In this document: positions 9,893 to 15,706 of the stretch, piece after piece
Layout of the letters: the number at the start of each line of letters is the position of its first letter
Position numbering within the stretch: position 1 is the first letter of the stretch
Source of the DNA: an uncultured bacterium
Lineage (GTDB): Bacteria; Lernaellota; Lernaellaia; Lernaellales; Lernaellaceae
Reading direction: 5' to 3'
Assembly (NCBI GenBank): GCA_964534375.1
Contig: CAZHPN010000132.1
Coordinates: forward strand, 1-17,734
DNA: 17,734 nt
Notes under the pieces: model-generated
Database searches by the model: none
Told to the model about the DNA's origin: nothing
The model's input: only the letters and a program-made list of their open reading frames with translations
Program-made: the position numbers and the translations under genes

Positions 9893-10566
9893 TTCGACGA
9901 CCCCGATGAACCGCTGGCCCCGCTGGCCCCGCCGGACCCGCCGGACCCGCCGGACCCGCTGGAACTGCTGGATTTTTTCTTTCTCCCCCAGCCCGAGCCG
10001 TTCCCGTTCGCGCTCGTCGTGCCGGTCGGTTGGATGACGTTGTTCTGCAAGTCCATGAAGTCGATTTGGCGGTCGTACACCACGACTTTGCCCGTCATCG
10101 ATTTGAACAGCAGCGTCCAGACGCGGCCGTCGCGCGTGCTGATGTGCACCACCGCCGGCTCGACGTAGCCCGTCGGATAAAAGATCACGAATTCCTCGCC
10201 GACGCTGGTCTTATCGGGGTTGTGCGGCGTGGCGACGTCCAGGAAGAAGACGCCGTCGGGCATTTGTTCGTGATCGACGAATGTGCTGGGCAGTTCCACA
10301 AACTCGCCGGTCGAACCGTTCGTCGCCAAGTAGCTCAGGTAGTATTCCTGGGAGTCGAAACTGAGGTTCAGCCGAATCGGCGTCTGGCGGATCACCGACT
10401 CGTTGAAGCAGAACTGCGCCGTGCCCGCGAACTTGCGGATTGTGCTCTTCAGGTCGACCTCGAACACGTCGTTCAGGCGCGGAATCGCGATCCCGACCAC
10501 CGTCCCGATGATGATCAGCACCACCAGGATTTCCAGGAGCGTAAAGCCGGCGGTGCGCTTGATCAT
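9889..10566 (-). CDS. gspH: Type II secretion minor pseudopilin GspH (FimT/GspH-like)
   Basis: AG|FTLLEILVVLIIIG and IFYPTGYVEPAVVHI (the GspH FxPxG motif). Lies directly after gspG. Confidence 0.83.
   Translation of the reverse strand: MIKRTAGFTLLEILVVLIIIGTVVGIAIPRLNDVFEVDLKSTIRKFAGTAQFCFNESVIRQTPIRLNLSFDSQEYYLSYLATNGSTGEFVELPSTFVDHEQMPDGVFFLDVATPHNPDKTSVGEEFVIFYPTGYVEPAVVHISTRDGRVWTLLFKSMTGKVVVYDRQIDFMDLQNNVIQPTGTTSANGNGSGWGRKKKSSSSSGSGGSGGSGGASGASGSSGSSN
9911..9960. repeat. In-frame 9-nt tandem repeats encoding the GspH SGG/SGA tail
   Basis: (CCGCTGGCC)x2 followed by (CCGCCGGAC)x3. Confidence 0.85.
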
Positions 10567-10576
10567 CAACTGGACC

Positions 10577-11035
10577 TTACGGATAGATGTTGTCGTCCGC
10601 TCCGGGCCTGCCGCTCGGACCGTTCGACCACACCTGGAAATTGTACCCGTCCTGGCACACGTAATTGTAGGGATTGCCCCACGGATCGAGCGGCAACTTG
10701 TTGTCGCGCAGGTAGCCGGTTGACCGGAAACCGGTCGCCGTGCGGCCGGTGGTCGGCGGCGCGACCAGCGCCATCAACCCCTGCCCCGAATCCGGATAGA
10801 AGCCGTTGTCGATCTTGAACATGTCCAGCGCGTCGCGGAACGTCGAAAGCTGGATTTTCGCGGCGCGCACCTTGGCCTCTTCCAGCCGGTTCAGCACGTT
10901 GACGCCAACCAACCCCGCGATCGTGCCGATAATGATCACCACCACCATGATTTCCAGCAGCGTAAAGCCGCGGGAATCGCGCGCCGCGCGCCGCGCGCCG
11001 CGCCCCAATGCCTGGCGTTTCTCGTTGTTCGACAT
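10577..11035 (-). CDS. gspG: Type II secretion major pseudopilin GspG, distal copy (G3)
   Basis: RG|FTLLEIMVVVIIIG, ALDMFKIDNGFYP, QGLMALV, LPLDPWGNPY and SNGPSGRPGADDNI. SD AAGGAG. Confidence 0.93.
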   Translation of the reverse strand: MSNNEKRQALGRGARRAARDSRGFTLLEIMVVVIIIGTIAGLVGVNVLNRLEEAKVRAAKIQLSTFRDALDMFKIDNGFYPDSGQGLMALVAPPTTGRTATGFRSTGYLRDNKLPLDPWGNPYNYVCQDGYNFQVWSNGPSGRPGADDNIYP

Positions 11036-11131
11036 TTGCCTTCTCCTTCTTCATGCCGCTAACGCCGTCCGGCGATTCTTCTTGTCGGACACCCGACAAA
11101 ACCGGCAGCGTGATTTTCCAATGGTCGAACC

Positions 11132-11572
11132 TCACGCATAAATCCTCTGGTCCGCCCCGGCCTTGCCGCCTGGGCCGTCAGACCACACCTGGAAATGGTA
11201 GCCATCCTCGCACGCGTAGCGCGGCGGATGGCCCCACGGGTCGAGCGGCAACTTGTTGTCGCGCAGGTTGTAATGGCGCAGGGGGGGCCACACGTTCGGC
11301 GGCACAACCAGCGCCATCAGCCCTTGCAGGGAATCCGGGTAGAACCCGTTGTCGCCCTTGAACGAGTCCAGCGCGTTGTCGATCCGTGAAAGCTGGGTTT
11401 TTGCCTCGTGGATCTTAGCCTCCTCCAAACGGTTCCTCACAATGACGGCGGCCAGACGGGCGACGCCGGCGACAAGGATCGCAACAAACACGGCTTTCCA
11501 CAGCGTAAACGTGCGGGAGTCGCGCCGAACCTTCTCCTGTTCTTCCTCGCCGTTCGCCATCCGCCGTCTCAT
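11132..11572 (-). CDS. Divergent GspG paralogue (G2) lacking the prepilin peptidase motif
   Basis: The globular domain is clearly GspG (ALDSFKGDNGFYPDSLQGLMALV, LRDNKLPLDPWG, FQVWSDGPGG), but the N-terminus reads DSRT-FTLWK. The ORF is intact. Start could be 11572 or 11560, with no strong SD. Confidence 0.75.
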   Translation of the reverse strand: MRRRMANGEEEQEKVRRDSRTFTLWKAVFVAILVAGVARLAAVIVRNRLEEAKIHEAKTQLSRIDNALDSFKGDNGFYPDSLQGLMALVVPPNVWPPLRHYNLRDNKLPLDPWGHPPRYACEDGYHFQVWSDGPGGKAGADQRIYA

Positions 11573-11623
11573 CCTGCGCGCCGCAGTCGTCGTCCGGCGG
11601 CGCGCGCGACTAGCGCTCGCACC

Positions 11624-12082
11624 TTACGGATAGATGTTGTCGTCGGCCCCGGGCCTGCCGCTCGGACCGTTGGACCACACCTGGAAGTTGTAGCCGTCCT
11701 GACAGACGTAGTTGTACGGATTACCCCACGGATCGAGCGGCAGCTTGTTGTCCCGCAGGTAGCCGCCGGGCCGGAAACCGCGCGTCGGGCGGCCGATGTC
11801 CGGCGCCGCGACCAGCGCCATCAACCCTTGCCCCGAATCGGGGTAAAAGCCGTTGTCGATCTTGAACATGTCCAGCGCGTCGCGAAACGTCGAAAGCTGG
11901 ATTTTCGCCGCGCGCATCTTGGCCTCTTCCAGCCGGTTCAGCACGTTGACGCCGACCAGTCCGGCGATCGTGCCGATGATGATCACGACGACCATGATCT
12001 CCAGCAGGGTAAAGCCGCGGGAGTCGCGCAGCGCGCGAACCGCGCCCCGCCCCACCTTGTTCCGTTCCTCGGTCTTCGACAT
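11624..12082 (-). CDS. gspG: Type II secretion major pseudopilin GspG, proximal copy (G1)
   Basis: C-terminal 152 aa of the listed 11624..13399 ORF. ATG at 12082 follows a strong SD (AGGAGGAGGAG). Same GspG motifs as G3. Confidence 0.93.
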   Translation of the reverse strand: MSKTEERNKVGRGAVRALRDSRGFTLLEIMVVVIIIGTIAGLVGVNVLNRLEEAKMRAAKIQLSTFRDALDMFKIDNGFYPDSGQGLMALVAAPDIGRPTRGFRPGGYLRDNKLPLDPWGNPYNYVCQDGYNFQVWSNGPSGRPGADDNIYP

Positions 12083-12105
12083 TCTCCTCCTCCTTTTGCG
12101 TGCCG

Positions 12106-13341
12106 CTAATGCAATCCGGCGGTCATATCCATGATCGGCAGCATGATGGCTATGACCGTAAACCCGACGAAGCCGGCCATGACGAGCAGCATGATCGGCT
12201 CCAAAATCGAAGTCAGTGCGTTGATCGTCGTCTTGACTTCCCCCTCGTAGGCGTCCGCGACACGGAACAGCATGTTCTCCAGTTCGCCTGTTTTCTCGCC
12301 GACGTTGATCATGTGGATCACGACCGGCGGAAACACGCCGCTGCGCTCCAGCGGTTTGCCGACGCTTTCGCCCTCTTTCACGTTTTCCCGCGCCGTCTCG
12401 ATGGCCTTCTCCAGCACCTTGTTGGATACGACGTTCCGCACGATGTCCATCGCGGCCATGATCGGCACGCCCGACTTGAGCAGCGTGCCCAGCGTCCGCG
12501 CGAAACGGCCCACCGCGATCTTCATGATCAGCGGCCCGAAAATCGGCGCCTTGAGCAGGTAGCCGTCGACGATCAGCGAGCCCTTGGGCGTCGCGCGCCA
12601 TCGGCGGAACAAGTAGAGCGCGCCGGCCAGGAACAGCGCGATCAGCCACCAATAAACGCGGATGAAGCGGCTGCCGGCCAAGAGCGCCATCGTCACGGCC
12701 GGCAGGGCCTTGTGCATGCCCGAGAAAATCGCGCTGATCTTCGGGATGACGAACGCGACCAGGTACGCGACAATGCCCGAACCGATGACGCCCATCATCA
12801 CCGGGTAAGTCATCGCGCCGCGGATCTTGTTCCGCAACTCGACCTGCGCCTCGATGAAGTCGGCCAGCCGCGCCAGCACCAGGTCCAGCGTGCCGGAATT
12901 CTCGCCGGCGTTGACCATGTTGACAAACAGCGGCGAGAAGATTTTCGGGAATTCTTCCAGGGCCTTGGCGAGGCTGGAGCCTTCGTTGACCTTGTCGCGC
13001 ACCTGGCTGAGGGTTTTCTTCAAAACCACGTCGTCGACCTGGTTGGCCAGCGCGCCGATCGCCTCGATCAGCGGAATGCCGGCGCCGGCCAGCGTCGCCA
13101 ACTGGCGGATCGTCATGGCCAGGTCGCCGAGCGCCACCTTGCCGCGCATGGCCTTGATGTCGATTTCCATCGACAGGCCCTTGCCCCGCAGGCCCTTGTC
13201 TTCGGAAACCTCGTGCAATTCGACCGGGAACAGACTGTCCGTGCGCATCTTCGCCCGCGCCGACTTGATGTTGTCGGCGTCGACGATGCCCTTGACGGTC
13301 TTGCCCGAACTGTTCAGGGCGACATAACTGAATACGGCCAC
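12106..13341 (-). CDS. gspF: Type II secretion inner-membrane platform protein GspF
   Basis: RQLATLAGAGIPL, MVNAGENSGTLDLVLARLADF, AMTYP, RFARTLGTLLKSGVPI, GEKTGELENML and LEPIM. GTG start after GAAGGGG. Confidence 0.95.
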   Translation of the reverse strand: MAVFSYVALNSSGKTVKGIVDADNIKSARAKMRTDSLFPVELHEVSEDKGLRGKGLSMEIDIKAMRGKVALGDLAMTIRQLATLAGAGIPLIEAIGALANQVDDVVLKKTLSQVRDKVNEGSSLAKALEEFPKIFSPLFVNMVNAGENSGTLDLVLARLADFIEAQVELRNKIRGAMTYPVMMGVIGSGIVAYLVAFVIPKISAIFSGMHKALPAVTMALLAGSRFIRVYWWLIALFLAGALYLFRRWRATPKGSLIVDGYLLKAPIFGPLIMKIAVGRFARTLGTLLKSGVPIMAAMDIVRNVVSNKVLEKAIETARENVKEGESVGKPLERSGVFPPVVIHMINVGEKTGELENMLFRVADAYEGEVKTTINALTSILEPIMLLVMAGFVGFTVIAIMLPIMDMTAGLH

Positions 13342-13458
13342 ACAGACCCCTTCGCGGATGCCTATCCGTTCTGACCCGCCCGCCCCGCCGACCGTTCAAC
13401 CAAACGGTCGCCGCCGGGGCAAACCCGGACTCTTCGCCCGGCGCCGGATCGGCCCAGG

Positions 13459-13487
13459 ATCATACTACGATGCCGCCTGTCCACCAA
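13459..13487 (-). promoter_or_regulatory. Putative sigma70 promoter for the gspF operon
   Basis: On the - strand, TTGGTG (13487-13482), a 17 nt spacer, then TATGAT (13464-13459). This would give a ~110 nt leader. Confidence 0.45.
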
Positions 13488-13566
13488 GGGGCGGAAAGCT
13501 GAATCGCCGGCTAAGAGGTGCTGGTCTTCTTTGAGCAGGATGCCCAGTGCGGCCGTTGGCCGCAAC

Positions 13567-13594
13567 CGAATTTCGGAATGCGGAATGCGGAATG
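13567..13594. repeat. Heptamer tandem repeat (CGGAATG)x3 plus one degenerate copy
   Basis: CGAATTT CGGAATG CGGAATG CGGAATG, read directly from the sequence. Confidence 0.85.
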
Positions 13595-13662
13595 AACGGG
13601 CGCGGAGTTTCAATCTTTCTCTCCTGGCCCAGTCGGACGACGGCCGCGTGCGGCGTCGACGA

Positions 13663-13703
13663 TCCCAGAGGTCCCATACGTCCCATAACTCCCATTATTC
13701 CCA
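13663..13703. repeat. 9-nt period tandem repeat TCCCA(N4)
   Basis: TCCCA at 13663, 13672, 13681, 13690 and 13699. Confidence 0.85.
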
Positions 13704-13809
13704 CCGCCCGCCCAACGCCGAGCGGCCGGCGCCCTATCGAAAAACCCGCCCCGCCTTGACACCGTCGCCGTCGGCATACGACAACAGGCCACGTTTGACG
13801 GAGGTGACC

Positions 13810-14727
13810 GTGGAAGTAATGGCGCTGGGAGTGGGCGGCATGATGCCGATGCCCGGCCGCTGGCTGACCAGCGTCGTTTTGTTGCACGAAGGCCAGGCGA
13901 CCCTGTTCGACTGCGGCGAGGGCACGCAGGTGCCCTTGAAAAAGAGCGGCTTCGGCGTCGGCCGCTTCGTGCGGTTCGTGCTCTCGCACCTGCACGCCGA
14001 CCACGTGACGGGCGTGCCCGGCATGCTGATGCTCCTCTCCCAGGCGGAGCCGGGCCACGACGTGGAAATTCTCGGCCCCCCGGAGGTGACGCGGTTCGTC
14101 CGCGGCGCGCGCGAGTTGCTGCGTTTTTACTTGAATTATAACTTGAAATATCGCGATCTCGACCCCGCCGGCGGCTCGCTGAAGGGCCCCGGCTTCACGC
14201 TGCGCTTTCTGCCGCTGAATCACACGACGCCGAATCTCGGCTTCGCCTACGAGGAAGATCCGCGCGCCGGCCGCTTTCACGTCGAGACGGCGCGCCGGCT
14301 CGGCGTGCCGGAAGGGCCGCTGTGGGGCCGGCTGCAACGCGGCGAAACCGTCGTTTTCGACGGCCGCCAGGTGACGCCGGCGGCGGTGCTCGGGCCGCCG
14401 CGCCGCGGCCGCAAATTCGCCTACGTGACCGACACCGGGCCGTGCCAGAACGCGATTGAATTGCTGCGCGGCGCCGACCTGGCGGTGATCGAGGGGATGT
14501 TCTGCGAGGAACACGCCGACGAAGCCGCCTCGAAGCTGCATCTGACCGCCCGGCAGGCCGCGGCGATCGTCCGCGACAGCGGCTGCACGCGCGCTCTGCT
14601 CGGCCACGTCAGCCCGCGCTATACGCACGACGAACTGCACCGCGTCGAAGACGAGGCGCGCGACGTCTGCGACCGGCTGGAACTGGTCCGGCCATTGGAG
14701 CGCATCGCGATTCCGCTGCCGGAATGA
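13810..14727 (+). CDS. rnz: Ribonuclease Z (tRNase Z)
   Basis: GTG at 13810 follows GGAGG. Motifs LGVGGMMP, FDCGEGTQ, SHLHADH (HxHxDH), GP exosite VPEGPLWGRLQRG, YVTDT, HLTA and HVSPRY. 305 aa. Confidence 0.93.
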   Translation: MEVMALGVGGMMPMPGRWLTSVVLLHEGQATLFDCGEGTQVPLKKSGFGVGRFVRFVLSHLHADHVTGVPGMLMLLSQAEPGHDVEILGPPEVTRFVRGARELLRFYLNYNLKYRDLDPAGGSLKGPGFTLRFLPLNHTTPNLGFAYEEDPRAGRFHVETARRLGVPEGPLWGRLQRGETVVFDGRQVTPAAVLGPPRRGRKFAYVTDTGPCQNAIELLRGADLAVIEGMFCEEHADEAASKLHLTARQAAAIVRDSGCTRALLGHVSPRYTHDELHRVEDEARDVCDRLELVRPLERIAIPLPE

Positions 14728-14866
14728 TGATAGTTTTTTTTGATAGGATCAACAGAGCCTGCCCGCGCGAAGGCGGGGGATCAACCGGATCATTTTCCCG
14801 ACGTTTCCCGCCCCGTGAAACACGGCGCCTGTTCACTGTTCACTGGCTCGTCTGCTGCCGAAATGC

Positions 14867-14895
14867 TTGCATAACGCATGCATTGGCGTTATGAT
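14867..14895 (+). promoter_or_regulatory. Sigma70 promoter of the TA operon with overlapping palindromic operator
   Basis: TTGCAT (14867-14872), 17 nt, TATGAT (14890-14895). The inverted repeat CATAACGC-N8-GCGTTATG (14870-14893) overlaps both boxes. Confidence 0.75.
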
Positions 14896-14920
14896 TTCCG
14901 CGGTTCGATTCGGAGGCGCG

Positions 14921-15178
14921 ATGTCGACGCTGCAAATTCGGGGCTTGCCGCAAGAGGTCAAAGACCGGCTCCAGGAATTGGCCCGGCGCGAGAAGCGCTC
15001 GCTGAACGCGCAGGCGGCGCTGTTGCTGACGGAGGCTGTCGACCGCGAACGCCATCGCGAGACCGCGGCTGAGTCGTTGTTGCGGGCGGATGAAATCCGC
15101 GAGGCGGCGCCGAAGCGGCGGCGCGGCGCCGACAGCCTGGCGATGCTGCATCGCGGACGGGCCGAGCGGCGTCGATGA
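14921..15178 (+). CDS. Antitoxin, FitA/Arc-like ribbon-helix-helix (VapB role)
   Basis: ATG at 14921 follows GGAGG. MSTLQIRGLPQEVKDRLQELARREKRSLN is an RHH signature. The stop overlaps the toxin start (ATGA). Confidence 0.85.
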   Translation: MSTLQIRGLPQEVKDRLQELARREKRSLNAQAALLLTEAVDRERHRETAAESLLRADEIREAAPKRRRGADSLAMLHRGRAERRR

Positions 15179-15630
15179 CCCCGGCCGCCGGCTTGACGAT
15201 CGACGCCAGCGTCGCCCTGAAACTGTTTTTCCGTGAAGAGTATTCGGATCGCGCCCGCGCGGTTTTCGCCGGGCTGGCCGGCGGCCCGCCGCGCCGCCTG
15301 CTGGCCCCTGACTTTCTGCTCGTCGAGTGCGCGAATGTGTTTCGCACGGGCGTCAAACGGCGCCTGCTGTCCGCCGGCGCCGCCCGCGAGGCGCTGGCGA
15401 TCCTGCGCGAGTTGCCGTTGCGGCTGGTTTCCACGGCCGAGTTGACGGCCGACGCGCTCGGATGGGCCCTGGCACACGATCTTTCGGTCTACGACGCCTG
15501 CTACGTCGCCGTCGCGGTTCGCTCGCAAACGAGATTGCTCACCGCGGACCAGAAACTGGCGAACAAATTGGGCGATGCGACGCCCGGCGCGCTCTGGCTC
15601 GGCGACGAAAACTTTTCGGCAGAAATCTGA
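15175..15630 (+). CDS. vapC: PIN-domain toxin, VapC family
   Basis: Acidic tetrad in IDASVALK, LVECANV, VYDACYVAVA and LLTADQKL. Translationally coupled to the antitoxin. Confidence 0.88.
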   Translation: MTPAAGLTIDASVALKLFFREEYSDRARAVFAGLAGGPPRRLLAPDFLLVECANVFRTGVKRRLLSAGAAREALAILRELPLRLVSTAELTADALGWALAHDLSVYDACYVAVAVRSQTRLLTADQKLANKLGDATPGALWLGDENFSAEI

Positions 15631-15635
15631 TCGCC

Positions 15636-15664
15636 TTGACGCAACTCGCATCGCGGCCAAGAAT
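15636..15664 (+). promoter_or_regulatory. Possible sigma70 promoter for the downstream GT-C gene
   Basis: TTGACG, 17 nt, AAGAAT. The -10 box lacks the first T. Confidence 0.35.
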
Positions 15665-15706
15665 GCGCGGGCTTCCGGATTTTGGTGCGGCCGGCAAGGA
15701 AGCGAG

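Noticed and set aside
10577..12082. gspG copies as the template and variable repeats of a diversity-generating retroelement
   Set aside because: Differences are not adenine-specific (e.g. GCG/CCG, CCC/TCA, many synonymous C/G changes), all copies are coding, and there is no reverse transcriptase in the window.
10574..12109. Assembly artefact producing duplicate gspG
   Set aside because: The copies differ by many synonymous changes and have distinct leader peptides and loops.
11624..13399. 591-aa ORF as a real fusion ending in GspG
   Set aside because: Its upstream part is an off-frame shadow of gspF (Arg/Gly/Pro-rich). A strong SD and ATG at 12082 define the real gspG.
13417..13520. c-di-GMP-I (GEMM) riboswitch-like words on the + strand (GGCAAACC ... 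GGGGCGGAAAGC ... GGCTAAG)
   Set aside because: The spacing is far longer than the consensus, there is no GNRA-capped P2 or matching P1 closure, and the orientation is opposite to gspF. A cmscan would settle it.
13663..13703. Mini CRISPR array
   Set aside because: The period is 9 nt with no spacers of CRISPR size, and there are no cas genes.
13756..13784. Perfect TTGACA upstream of rnz as a promoter
   Set aside because: No acceptable -10 box at 16-18 nt spacing. It remains possible but is unsupported.
13531..13809. N-terminal extension of RNase Z (398-aa ORF)
   Set aside because: It translates intergenic repeats (SHTSHNSHYSH). GTG at 13810 has a GGAGG SD and gives the normal family N-terminus.
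14703..14741. Intrinsic terminator after rnz
   Set aside because: The stem ATTCCG/CGGAAT lies inside the CDS end and is separated from the T8 run by several bases, so the geometry is not canonical.
13810..15630. Functional coupling of RNase Z with VapC as a tRNA damage/repair system
   Set aside because: The TA pair has its own promoter and operator about 140 nt after the rnz stop, and rnz looks like the ordinary housekeeping enzyme. Only adjacency supports the link.
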